Below are positions 1 to 9,285 of a stretch of 43,253 nucleotides of DNA, in pieces. How positions within the stretch are numbered: the first letter of the stretch is position 1; each line of letters opens with the position of its first letter. Both the position numbers and the translations under genes were made by a program. The DNA is from a virus, in IMG/VR virus record IMGVR_UViG_3300028831_000428, positions 1 to 43,253 of that record, one strand, 5' to 3'. The notes beneath the pieces are model-generated. The model had not been told where the DNA came from. It was given only the letters and a program-made list of their open reading frames with translations, and did not search any database.

Positions 1-141
1 CGGTTGGTACCTCGGATTCACAGGTTATCATGAATAAGACAATTGGTAATACCAATACATTCACCTCCAAGGATAGCTTATTCACTTTGCAGGATGACAG
101 CGACACGACAAAACAGGCTCAGTTTCAACTGTCAGGTATTA
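1..141. repeat. Terminal redundancy, identical to 43113-43253. Either circular closure of the assembly or a short direct terminal repeat.
   Basis: Read directly: cggttggtacctcggattcacagg...caactgtcaggtatta is present at both ends of the window. Confidence 0.95.
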
Positions 142-860
142 CAACTGGGACAACACGCACATATACCCTACCAAACGCCTCTAGTACTCTGGCGGACATA
201 TCGACAGTCCAGACACTTACTAATAAGACGCTGACTTCGCCGACTATCACCGGTGGAACGATCGACAATTCTACTATTACCGTGGACTCTATATCTGGTC
301 ACACAAGCGCGACGGTTGTGACAGTGGCTGGGTTGCAGATAAGCAGTGGCGTTTTAAACACAAACAACTCAGTTGTTACCGCGAACATTGCAGATAGTGC
401 CGTTACACCCGCAAAACTTCTTGCGGGGACTGGGTCAACATATGTCTGGCAGTCTTTTACTGTAACCTGGACAAACTTAACGATTGGAAATGGCACTGCC
501 ACAGGCCAGTACTCACAGATTGGCAAAACTGTCCGCTTTCGTATGAAGACTGTACTTGGTTCAACCAGTGTCATAGGGACAGATCCATCGTTTACGCTTC
601 CTGTAACCGCCAATTCAAATACTGGATCTCGACCTACCATCCCATATGGGCAATCGCTCTACTTCGATACATCGGCATCGGCATTCTACTTTGGGCCTGC
701 CGGTGTGCCTGTGTCAACATCGGCTACGGCTAACTGCCAGCCCTTCGTCTCTAACGTATCGGCCACATATGCTACGTCCTCGGGCTACACCGCGACCATA
801 CCCGTAGCCTTTGGAACGGGAGATGAGATATATGTCACTGGTAGCTATGAGGCTGCGTAA
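30..860 (+). CDS. Tail fibre protein, C-terminal part. The gene really starts at 42971 and crosses the junction.
   Basis: Same frame as 42971-43253 through the 141-bp overlap. Ser/Thr/Asn-rich with [11 protein letters not shown]-type motifs common in fibres. Confidence 0.7.
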   Translation: MNKTIGNTNTFTSKDSLFTLQDDSDTTKQAQFQLSGITTGTTRTYTLPNASSTLADISTVQTLTNKTLTSPTITGGTIDNSTITVDSISGHTSATVVTVAGLQISSGVLNTNNSVVTANIADSAVTPAKLLAGTGSTYVWQSFTVTWTNLTIGNGTATGQYSQIGKTVRFRMKTVLGSTSVIGTDPSFTLPVTANSNTGSRPTIPYGQSLYFDTSASAFYFGPAGVPVSTSATANCQPFVSNVSATYATSSGYTATIPVAFGTGDEIYVTGSYEAA

Positions 861-1762
861 TGATTACCTGGACAGATAGCTACCAAAAAACACAGCGGTT
901 AGCTAGGGATGATACCTCGGGCACGTTGACACAGCTAAAACAGGACATGAATACTGGCTATCAGCTATTTAATGCGAAGTTGGCTCGGTACTATACGCGT
1001 AAGCAGCAATTTACTAGTCTGGTAGCCAATCAACAGATATATCAGACACCTATCGACTGTGTGCGCATATCGGGCATGACTGTGATGGTAAGCAATACAT
1101 ACCAACCGCCCGTCAAAGAGGTGCGGAGTGAGTACCAGTGGCGAGGTATTACGTCATATCAACAAACGAGTAACTGGCCTGCTTGGTATTTCATGATTGG
1201 TAATGATGAGCTCGCGCTGTGGCCTGTGCCTGCCCAGAATGTGACAAATGGGCTGAGATTCTATTACCAGCCAACAGCAGTTGATTTGTCTGTCGATGAT
1301 ATTACCTCGACAGGTACGGGCGCAACAGTGAGCGTGACGAATGGGTCGGCTACAGTTACCGCGTCGAGTAGCGTGTTTAACTCGAGTTTGGCGGGGCTAT
1401 CCTTCCAGGTGATGGGTGAGATAGACGATACGGCTTATGAGATCGTGGCCGCATCAGGAGCAACCTTAACACTAAAATCGGCATATGTTGCCCCTTCTGG
1501 ATCCGGCAAGGCATGGCGGATCGGACAATTGAGTATCCTGCCGCCGCAATACGTTGATGCGCCAATGCACTATGCACTCGGCAATTACTTTTCGTCCCAA
1601 GGTAATGAACAGCGCAGCCAATTCCACATGGGTGTATTCAATCAGTTGCAGCAGGACTGTGAAGAAGAATACTCGAGCAGTATGTCTAGCAATGTGATTT
1701 CTGAGGATGATATGTATTTAAATCCCTGGTTGGTCCCACCAGTCCCAGGACCATTGACTTGA
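860..1762 (+). CDS. Virion-associated protein, function unknown
   Basis: 300-aa ORF. Its start overlaps the upstream stop (TAATG). Lies in the tail/virion gene block. Confidence 0.6.
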   Translation: MITWTDSYQKTQRLARDDTSGTLTQLKQDMNTGYQLFNAKLARYYTRKQQFTSLVANQQIYQTPIDCVRISGMTVMVSNTYQPPVKEVRSEYQWRGITSYQQTSNWPAWYFMIGNDELALWPVPAQNVTNGLRFYYQPTAVDLSVDDITSTGTGATVSVTNGSATVTASSSVFNSSLAGLSFQVMGEIDDTAYEIVAASGATLTLKSAYVAPSGSGKAWRIGQLSILPPQYVDAPMHYALGNYFSSQGNEQRSQFHMGVFNQLQQDCEEEYSSSMSSNVISEDDMYLNPWLVPPVPGPLT

Positions 1763-1763
1763 T

Positions 1764-3722
1764 ATGGCAAAGAAACCATGGATTATATCAAACTTCTCGG
1801 GTGGCTGGGCAACTGACAAGAAGGTTGGTCCACCTAACTCGTTTGCTTATTCGCAATCAATCGATTTTCGCAAATCGCCTTCACAGGTAACCTTATTGTC
1901 GAGAACGGCCCGTGAGGACAATAAGGTTGTTAGAGATTTGGTCCAGAATGCGGTGATGATAAGTGATGGCTCAATATTCTCGCTAGGGAGTAGCGGTTAT
2001 TTTTATAAACGTGCCACTAGCGGGGCTTGGTCGGTAGCAGGTAATCTACCGCCTGGTTATTTTGGCCTTGCCTATCGTCAGGACCAGAATGCCATATATA
2101 TTGCTCACGCTAGGACGGTAAGTCTGTACGGTCAAACAAATGGCACGGCAATATTACAGCCAAATCTATATAATATATCCCAGTCAACCTACAACAATAC
2201 AACAAATACCGGATTTAATGTTAATACCAATCAATCGAATAGTGTTAATACGACGACGGTTACAACATCTTATACAGAATCGGCATTGCAGTCACGGTAT
2301 TTTCAGACAGATATTGAGCCACTTAACAAACTGTCTGTATACGTATCTGATAAAGGAACGGGTAACTGGACACTCACATTGCATGATGGGTTAAACACCT
2401 CTCTGGGCACAGTGACAATGAGTAATGCTAATCTGCAAAGTAACGCCTGGAATGATTTCACTTTCTCTATGCCAATTAGAGTACAAGTAGCGCCAGCCGC
2501 ACAGACATACCACTTTCATCTGACATCAACAGTAGCAGACGGAACAGTTACATCATCGGCTACAAACGACCTGAGCAGCTGTGACATGCAGTTATGGGCG
2601 GATCGGCTGGTACAACCAATCAATGGTATGCATCCGATTGCCAACTTTCAGCAATTCATTTGTATTGGCAATGAGCATTATCTGAGCGTATATGAGCCAC
2701 TGGGGGAGGCGCAGCCATCTAATAGTTCATGGCAGCGACATAAATTGACCTTTCCGCCTGGGTACGAGGTGTGTGGTCTGGCAGTCTTTAACGAATATCT
2801 GGCTATTGCTTGCGAAAAGAGTAGTAGCGCGTCGAATACGCCACAGGACGGTATTATATTCTTCTGGGATGGGCTGAGCTCGACCTACAACTACTTTACC
2901 TTGGTACCAGAGGGGTCACCTTATGCAATTCATCAAAACAAAAATATTCTCTATTACTATGCGGGAGGAGCGTGGTATGTCATGGCATCCGCTAATTCAC
3001 AGCCGGTCAAAATACGGACAATGCCGTTTGGCGAGAATGCGTATAATAACAACAACGATTCAACCAAGATTTATCCCTACGCGGCAACGGTGCGCAATGG
3101 TGTACAACTAATGGCGTGGCCGTCGGTATCGACAAACACGAATATCCAATTTGGGGTTTATTCCTGGGGTCAGGTGGACAAGAACCTGCCAAATTCATTC
3201 GGCTACAGCTATCTGTTGAGTACTGGGTCACAGACGTATTCGGGTAGTAACAATTTGAGTATTGGAATGGTGCAGAATTTTGGGGATAATTTGTTGATCT
3301 CTTGGCGTGATGATCTGAACGGCGGCTATGGGGTTGATGTAGTTAATAGCAATTCTAAGCCCGCGTCTTTTGCCACTCTGCAGACCCTTATTTATGACGG
3401 TGGATACGTGGGCAAGGACAAAGAGGCGAATTACATGGAGGGGACATGGTTGCCTTTACCGAATGGCGTAGGAGTTGAATTGATGTATTCGATCAACCGA
3501 GGGAGCTTTAATGTATCGAATCGGTTCACGAATGCGAATACTTGGCAGGACGCTCAGAATTATGCACGGACAAGCATGTTTGGTAGTACAAATAGGCAAG
3601 GGAGATTTAATGAATTGCAGCTAGGAATAAATATTTATTGTGATGATACGGTGACTGAGAGCCCGACGATCACCAGCCTGAGCACGGTTATTGACACGCT
3701 TGCGCAGGAAGCATTGCAATGA
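1764..3722 (+). CDS. Large virion (tail/baseplate-type) protein, function unknown
   Basis: 652-aa ORF tightly packed after 860-1762. Asn/Ser/Thr-rich. Confidence 0.6.
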   Translation: MAKKPWIISNFSGGWATDKKVGPPNSFAYSQSIDFRKSPSQVTLLSRTAREDNKVVRDLVQNAVMISDGSIFSLGSSGYFYKRATSGAWSVAGNLPPGYFGLAYRQDQNAIYIAHARTVSLYGQTNGTAILQPNLYNISQSTYNNTTNTGFNVNTNQSNSVNTTTVTTSYTESALQSRYFQTDIEPLNKLSVYVSDKGTGNWTLTLHDGLNTSLGTVTMSNANLQSNAWNDFTFSMPIRVQVAPAAQTYHFHLTSTVADGTVTSSATNDLSSCDMQLWADRLVQPINGMHPIANFQQFICIGNEHYLSVYEPLGEAQPSNSSWQRHKLTFPPGYEVCGLAVFNEYLAIACEKSSSASNTPQDGIIFFWDGLSSTYNYFTLVPEGSPYAIHQNKNILYYYAGGAWYVMASANSQPVKIRTMPFGENAYNNNNDSTKIYPYAATVRNGVQLMAWPSVSTNTNIQFGVYSWGQVDKNLPNSFGYSYLLSTGSQTYSGSNNLSIGMVQNFGDNLLISWRDDLNGGYGVDVVNSNSKPASFATLQTLIYDGGYVGKDKEANYMEGTWLPLPNGVGVELMYSINRGSFNVSNRFTNANTWQDAQNYARTSMFGSTNRQGRFNELQLGINIYCDDTVTESPTITSLSTVIDTLAQEALQ

Positions 3723-4132
3723 GCGAGTATGGACCTACTGGCAGCGGTTACGGCGAAGTTAAGATTGATTCAATCCGTGACAATCCGGTAGATGGCGGTG
3801 ATATTGGGAGGGTACTGCCACGACAGGTTTCGACAGGATCGACACGTGGAACGCAGACTGTGGGATATGGTGACACCAAAATCGATGGGTCAAATAATGT
3901 CATCACTGTAGGCAGTAGTATAGTTGTCGATGGTAGCGCGAGCTTGATAACAGTAACTAATAGCGATAAATCAAAAATTGGCATGGGTCGTATACCCAAT
4001 ACGAGCCAGTTTGGGTTCTTTGCCACTAATAATGCTGGTGTTGTGATTATGAGCATAGTTGCCGGCACGCTGATCATGAATGATACTACAACCGATCGGG
4101 TGTTGATCGGCAAAGACCCTGGGGGGTTCTAA
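3719..4132 (+). CDS. Small virion protein
   Basis: 137-aa ORF with a 4-nt overlap on the upstream gene. The antisense ORF 3748-4113 is judged a shadow. Confidence 0.55.
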   Translation: MSEYGPTGSGYGEVKIDSIRDNPVDGGDIGRVLPRQVSTGSTRGTQTVGYGDTKIDGSNNVITVGSSIVVDGSASLITVTNSDKSKIGMGRIPNTSQFGFFATNNAGVVIMSIVAGTLIMNDTTTDRVLIGKDPGGF

Positions 4133-4890
4133 TGGCCGATTACGGTGCTAAGGCGTCTCTACCTGGTTTTGACATTAATACAGTTGTCGACTATCTGCAG
4201 TCATTTAATTCATCATGGCCGCTGTTAAAGGTTGGAATGACGGGCGTTTATACAGGAATCGTCACTCATAATTTGGGCTATCCTCCGTTTCATCTATTGG
4301 CCACTGCAGATGGTAGGCTTGACCAATCTGCTGGGTTAATTGGTACCTATGGTGCTAACTCAGCTGTCTTGAGGCAGGCATCTGGTGCTGGAAACCAGCG
4401 GTATTATATATGTCGCCTTGATCTGACACAGGCTTTTGATGCGCCTATCATAGCAGGCGGGTCGATTCCGGCAGCTGTGGATAGGGATTATGGAATAAAG
4501 GTGGCGAAGCCGGGAAAAAGCATAAGGTCAACTGATATGCGCGATTTTGCGCTCAACTCGAGTGCGAGGTCATTAATGGTCCACAAAGTGAGACCTATCA
4601 CGCCAGTTTTAAGCGGTGCTAGCTTCATCGCGACAGTTCCGCACGGACTGCCCTATATACCGATTGCATTTGCCTATGTATTACCAGGCATTAACTTGTT
4701 GGGACTGGATATCGACAAGTATTATATTGTACCCCCACCAATTGGAGTTGCCGGTGCTTCATATACTGTAGATGCTACAAATGTCACTGTGACCATAGAT
4801 GCAACCCAGTTTGCTCCGACCCCACCAGTATCCGTGGTCGTCCTGAAAGACCCACTAGCAAAAACTACTATAAACATAAGCTATCCATGA
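4132..4890 (+). CDS. Virion protein, tandem paralogue of 4887-5312
   Basis: N-terminus MADYGAKASLPGFDI aligns with MNDYGFKVSLPGYDV of the next gene. Confidence 0.6.
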   Translation: MADYGAKASLPGFDINTVVDYLQSFNSSWPLLKVGMTGVYTGIVTHNLGYPPFHLLATADGRLDQSAGLIGTYGANSAVLRQASGAGNQRYYICRLDLTQAFDAPIIAGGSIPAAVDRDYGIKVAKPGKSIRSTDMRDFALNSSARSLMVHKVRPITPVLSGASFIATVPHGLPYIPIAFAYVLPGINLLGLDIDKYYIVPPPIGVAGASYTVDATNVTVTIDATQFAPTPPVSVVVLKDPLAKTTINISYP

Positions 4891-5312
4891 ACGATTACGG
4901 ATTCAAGGTATCACTACCAGGATACGATGTAGGGTCAGCCACACCAGAGCAATGCGCGGTGCATTCGTCTTATCCACCTTTTAAGTCCAAGACAAATCAA
5001 AATCCGCCACATTTTGCCACGGTAAGCGTTGATTTCACAGGGGTGATTACTCAAGACTTGACGCAGACGTTATATTCGATAAGTCATGGCTATAGTTATA
5101 TACCATTTACAATTGCCAATATTGTCTTTGTTGATTCATCTGGTGGTACCGAGGTCGGTATAGGGTTTGCTGGCGTGGGGTCAACGCTGGCAATCAATGC
5201 CTACTGCGATTCCACTAACTTCTACGTGACAATCTACGATAATTTTAACTGGACAGGTGCAAATGCGACGCTAGACGTATCATACTATATATTTTGCGAA
5301 GAGGGTACGTAG
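4887..5312 (+). CDS. Virion protein, tandem paralogue of 4132-4890
   Basis: Shared N-terminal motif with the upstream gene. ATGA overlap with it. Confidence 0.6.
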   Translation: MNDYGFKVSLPGYDVGSATPEQCAVHSSYPPFKSKTNQNPPHFATVSVDFTGVITQDLTQTLYSISHGYSYIPFTIANIVFVDSSGGTEVGIGFAGVGSTLAINAYCDSTNFYVTIYDNFNWTGANATLDVSYYIFCEEGT

Positions 5313-5315
5313 TGC

Positions 5316-5358
5316 TACAATTAGGGTAACAGCGGATTTTCCCCATTCATTTGGGGAA
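5316..5358 (+). promoter_or_regulatory. Late promoter plus leader hairpin module, copy A
   Basis: TGCTACAAT (-10 at 5316-5321), then 6 nt, then AACAGCGG (5328-5335). Stem TTCCCC (5339-5344) / GGGGAA (5353-5358). ATG at 5362. Confidence 0.55.
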
Positions 5359-5361
5359 TTA

Positions 5362-6120
5362 ATGAATCCAGCCAACTCTCAAGATGCTTTAACTCAATTG
5401 CAGCAGACCCAAGCCGGAGCCAAGAGTGCTGCGGATATTCTGAATGCTCAGAAACAGCAGTATGGGGTGCAGGCCGCTCAGGACACCGTCGGAGGACTGC
5501 GTAGTGCTATTACCAATACAACCAGACTATTAAATCAGGTTGCCCCATCTGTTATGGGACGAACTGCTAATTCATTGGTAACTTCTGCCCAGGCGAATAG
5601 GCAGATTGCTAATGAGCAGCAACCAATTGCCCAGAATCTGAGCCAGCAGACCCAAGATTATGGGAATGCTCAGAGTGATTATGAAAAAGCTCTCCAAGAG
5701 GCAACAACCGGCGCCAATATGGAATATGGTGATCAGCAGAACAAGTTGAGCTATATGCAGAACCTGTATAACACCCTCTATCAACGCGAGGAGAATGCAA
5801 GGCAGGCGGCCGCTCAGGAGGCTGCAAGACAAGAGCAAATTAGACAATTTAATGAACAATTAGCGGCCAGCCGAAAGAACGCAGCAGCGCAACTAGCACT
5901 ACAAAACCGTCCTACTACTATATCTGTTGGCAATAATGATCAACAGGCAGCGATATTAGCCGAGGCTAGACGTCAGGCATCGAAGATGGCAGCTGCCGAA
6001 GTGCCAGCAGCTCAGGCTGCTTCAAAGCAGGCAAGGGATCAAGTGAATAATCTGAGCGGCTTTAATGGGTTCTTGAATTACATCGGTACTAAAGGACCGA
6101 TGGCTTTGTTTGGATTATAG
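5362..6120 (+). CDS. Gln/Ala-rich coiled-coil-type virion protein (internal/ejection or assembly role possible)
   Basis: 252-aa ORF of low complexity, Q/A-rich. First gene after module A. Confidence 0.5.
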   Translation: MNPANSQDALTQLQQTQAGAKSAADILNAQKQQYGVQAAQDTVGGLRSAITNTTRLLNQVAPSVMGRTANSLVTSAQANRQIANEQQPIAQNLSQQTQDYGNAQSDYEKALQEATTGANMEYGDQQNKLSYMQNLYNTLYQREENARQAAAQEAARQEQIRQFNEQLAASRKNAAAQLALQNRPTTISVGNNDQQAAILAEARRQASKMAAAEVPAAQAASKQARDQVNNLSGFNGFLNYIGTKGPMALFGL

Positions 6121-6122
6121 AT

Positions 6123-7940
6123 ATGGCATATCAACTGACAGATCAAGACCGTGCGATGGCGCAGCAAATGGCCGGAAAGCTATTTAGCGATTATAATCAA
6201 GTGCCACAAGCACCTAAGCCACAGGTAAATGGCCTAACTGGTTTCTTGGCCAACGCCGCACCTATTATTGGCGGTACTTTAGGTGCAGTTGGTGGGTCGT
6301 TCCTCGCACCTGTTGCTGGCACAGCTGCGGGTGGTGCGGCAGGTGCTGGGCTAGGCGCTATTGTCAAGCAGAAACTGTTGGGACAAGACACTAATGTTGG
6401 CGACATCGCCAGCGAGACGTTGCTAGGGGCACTGCCAGGTGCAGGCAAGCTAATAAAAGGTGTCGCTGGTGCCGGACGGGCTGTTAAGGGTGCAGAAGAC
6501 GTCGCTCAGGCTGTGGAAACGGCTACACCATCAAGCATATTCCAGCGCGCTGGGCAACGTTTGACCGAGTCGGGGTCGGGTTTGAAGCCAGACCTGACCA
6601 CGGGCGGTATTAATAAGCTGGATCAGCAATCACAATTCATGTCGAAATACACGGGTACGCCACGTCAGCAGCGCATCGCGATGGAGAAAGATATGGGTAA
6701 TTTGTCCGGTCAGGTTGATAGCATTCTGGCGAAGAACCCTATCCCTATCCAGGGTGCCGATGTCAAGGCACAGGTACAGCAGGCTATTAGCGATCCGTTA
6801 AAGTATGCTGAATTAGATCTAACGACTCCTGGTGCTCAGCGTGCGTTGAATGTCCATCTAGACAAGTTTGCCGCTTCGCCCGACGCTAAAAGTCTGAATG
6901 ACTATATTAAACAGCTCAACCCGATCGCTATTCGGGCACAAGGGAAGATTGCTCGTGGCGTCAACTTGACTGATAAAGAAACTGCAGCATTGGCGGCCAA
7001 GAAGGCAGGGGACGAGGTGTTGACCCAGGTACCGGAGATCCAGCCTTTGAAGCAGCAAATGGCGCAGATATTTGAAGTAACACCTCAAATTGCGAAGGCG
7101 GGTGAAAAGTCGATCGGTGTGCCTATGGCCAGCGGGTTAAGCACCAAAGCTCCTGTGCAAGCTGCGAAAGGGGTTCAGAGTAAGTTGGGGGCACTCCTAC
7201 AAGGTGCGAGTGCTAAGGGCAAAGTTAATCCAGATTCACTCGCTATGGCATTCCGACCATCGAACCTCTTAAAGGCGGGCGTGAAACAGGGTATTGCCCA
7301 AAGTCTGGCTAACACACAACAGCCGCCAGAAACCCCGATACCAGATCAAGGATTTCCAGATATAATTCAACCAGCGCTAAGTGAAGATAGTGGTGCCCTG
7401 ACTAGTAACATTTGGTCTGACCCTCAAGCCGTTCAGGACGCGTATACAAAGGCGATCGCAGCTGGAGATGCCAAGTCTGCTTCGGCTATCCTGGAGGGCT
7501 ATAAAGCGTTTGGGCAACAATCTGCTGCCAATCCGGGCTTTACCAAACCAACTGCTCAGCAATTTGGTCTTGCGCAGGCCGGGATATCCTCCTTGGGTCA
7601 ACTTGAACAATTGATTAATAAAGATCCGAGTCTGGTCACAAGAGAATCGACGCCCGGCCAGGGATTACCGATTGTGGGCGGTCTAATCAGCAATGTCGCT
7701 GGTACAGGTGAGTATAATTCAGTTGCCAACAACATACTTGATGCTCTCGCTCGTGTACGTACTGGCGCTGCAATGACCAGCCAGGAAGAGTCATTCTATC
7801 GCAATCTATTGCCAAAGGCGGGCGACGACCAGGCGACCATTCAATCCAAGCTAGCGGCATTGAAACAAGCGTTTACGCCATTTATGGGTTACGGCGGAGC
7901 CGATAATTCACCTGATCTATCAAGTTTAATTAATCAATAG
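6123..7940 (+). CDS. Large Gly/Ala-rich protein with a hydrophobic N-terminal segment (internal virion or tape-measure-like?)
   Basis: 605 aa. The stretch GLTGFLANAAPIIGGTLGAVGGSFLAPVAGTAAGGAAGAGLGAIV looks membrane-active. Confidence 0.5.
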   Translation: MAYQLTDQDRAMAQQMAGKLFSDYNQVPQAPKPQVNGLTGFLANAAPIIGGTLGAVGGSFLAPVAGTAAGGAAGAGLGAIVKQKLLGQDTNVGDIASETLLGALPGAGKLIKGVAGAGRAVKGAEDVAQAVETATPSSIFQRAGQRLTESGSGLKPDLTTGGINKLDQQSQFMSKYTGTPRQQRIAMEKDMGNLSGQVDSILAKNPIPIQGADVKAQVQQAISDPLKYAELDLTTPGAQRALNVHLDKFAASPDAKSLNDYIKQLNPIAIRAQGKIARGVNLTDKETAALAAKKAGDEVLTQVPEIQPLKQQMAQIFEVTPQIAKAGEKSIGVPMASGLSTKAPVQAAKGVQSKLGALLQGASAKGKVNPDSLAMAFRPSNLLKAGVKQGIAQSLANTQQPPETPIPDQGFPDIIQPALSEDSGALTSNIWSDPQAVQDAYTKAIAAGDAKSASAILEGYKAFGQQSAANPGFTKPTAQQFGLAQAGISSLGQLEQLINKDPSLVTRESTPGQGLPIVGGLISNVAGTGEYNSVANNILDALARVRTGAAMTSQEESFYRNLLPKAGDDQATIQSKLAALKQAFTPFMGYGGADNSPDLSSLINQ

Positions 7941-7948
7941 GAAGTGAT

Positions 7949-8134
7949 ATGGACCCAAAGACAACAAAGAAAACTGGTACTTTTCAGGGTAAGAGTAACA
8001 AGCTGGGTGGCGGCGGACGTTTTGCGCAGATGGAGGCGAAAGGCGTGTCACCAGCGCTTGCAGCATATATTGGGCGAAAAATGTACGGAAAAAAGAAGAT
8101 GGCAAAGATGGCAGCCAAGGGAAAGAAGAGCTAG
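7949..8134 (+). CDS. Small, highly basic Lys/Gly-rich protein
   Basis: 61 aa with SD AGGAAGTG upstream. Preferred over the overlapping frame 7944-8171. Confidence 0.6.
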   Translation: MDPKTTKKTGTFQGKSNKLGGGGRFAQMEAKGVSPALAAYIGRKMYGKKKMAKMAAKGKKS

Positions 8135-8517
8135 TTGTATAGATCGTTACATTTATCTCGGTCAGACTTAAGGCGGGCATTAATAGAATTCCACTCGTCT
8201 AGAGTTAGCACATTTGTCTGTTTGCTATCTGATGATGGTTGGCCTTTTGTGCTTATGGCGTTTCCGTAAGCCCTGGCAGCCACATCAAGACATCGCTGAA
8301 GTGAAGTACCATCGGCAGACTGGACGGTCTTGACGTCTGATCGTAGTGCCATAACGGTGTCCTGCTGCGCTATTAGTTTGGTGTTGAGAATATTAATGTC
8401 ACCTTTGAGTCTAATAGTATATATTGCTAGTAGGATTATTGATATTGTAAGGAGCCCAATTAACGACAGACTGATAGCAGGAAATAGCCGTTTTGGACTA
8501 AATATGAGTTTTTTCAC
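8131..8517 (-). CDS. Membrane-anchored protein (one N-terminal TM segment)
   Basis: 128 aa, GTG start behind GGAGA. Hydrophobic stretch AISLSLIGLLTISIILLAIY. Last gene of the minus-strand island. Confidence 0.6.
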   Translation of the reverse strand: MKKLIFSPKRLFPAISLSLIGLLTISIILLAIYTIRLKGDINILNTKLIAQQDTVMALRSDVKTVQSADGTSLQRCLDVAARAYGNAISTKGQPSSDSKQTNVLTLDEWNSINARLKSDRDKCNDLYN

Positions 8518-8586
8518 TTAAGAATCTCCACGATTAATATGTTTGCAGCATATTTGAAACCAGCCTAGAAGTCAATGGAGATATCG

Positions 8587-8844
8587 CTATCCCATTTTTC
8601 TGTATAACTCATCGCCATGCAGCTTACGGAACTCTTCAGGATAGGCTCGTGCGAATTCTGGCTGATTGGGCTGGGTAATATCACGGCGATATTCAATCTT
8701 TTGCCAATGGCGCTCGAAGGCAGCACTGTCACCTTGTTGTAGTTGTTGAGGAAGGCAATTATCGCAGCCAGTCAGAATATTGCCATGTTTTATAATGCTG
8801 CGTATAGTGGCAGTGGGTTGGTTGCAGGTAGGACACTTATTCAT
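8587..8844 (-). CDS. Small zinc-ribbon protein (CxxC...CxxC)
   Basis: ATG at 8844 lies behind GGAGGAAG and overlaps the upstream stop as ATGA. Motif CPTCNQ...GCDNC. The ORF track extends it to 8883. Confidence 0.6.
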   Translation of the reverse strand: MNKCPTCNQPTATIRSIIKHGNILTGCDNCLPQQLQQGDSAAFERHWQKIEYRRDITQPNQPEFARAYPEEFRKLHGDELYRKMG

Positions 8845-9062
8845 TCTTCCTCCGGTAGGGGAAGAATGTCTAGTCTCATCCAATGCTCAAATATGGTCGC
8901 TTCGAGAGTAGTGATTGTTTTGGATTGCAGTGTGTCTAAGAGAACTTTATCCACCAAAATTCTATCAGGACGTTTTCCATGGCTTAATAGGAATGCATGG
9001 TATATTTTGGGTAATTCCTCGAGTGTTAGGTTGGTAATACCTCTTAAGTCTAAGTTATTCAT
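8841..9062 (-). CDS. Hypothetical protein
   Basis: 73-aa ORF, translationally coupled within the minus-strand operon. Confidence 0.55.
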   Translation of the reverse strand: MNNLDLRGITNLTLEELPKIYHAFLLSHGKRPDRILVDKVLLDTLQSKTITTLEATIFEHWMRLDILPLPEEE

Positions 9063-9285
9063 CAGGGTTCAATCTCCTTAACATTGCTTCGTGCTCCATT
9101 CTGGCTTGAGTTGCGATATCAAGGGGATCTAGAAAGATACTCTTGTCTTGTGACTCAGGCTTTTGTGCATCAGTCTTTTCTTTGATAGATTCTTGAAGAT
9201 TGCTGAGCATCTTTTTTAGTTGGTTATATTTGTAGCCAGTGTAGAAAGCTATGACTATGGCGATTATGAACGCCAGTTCTGTCAT
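9055..9285 (-). CDS. Small membrane protein (N-terminal TM)
   Basis: 76 aa with hydrophobic stretch LAFIIAIVIAFYTGY. Its start overlaps the groEL stop. Confidence 0.6.
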   Translation of the reverse strand: MTELAFIIAIVIAFYTGYKYNQLKKMLSNLQESIKEKTDAQKPESQDKSIFLDPLDIATQARMEHEAMLRRLNPDE

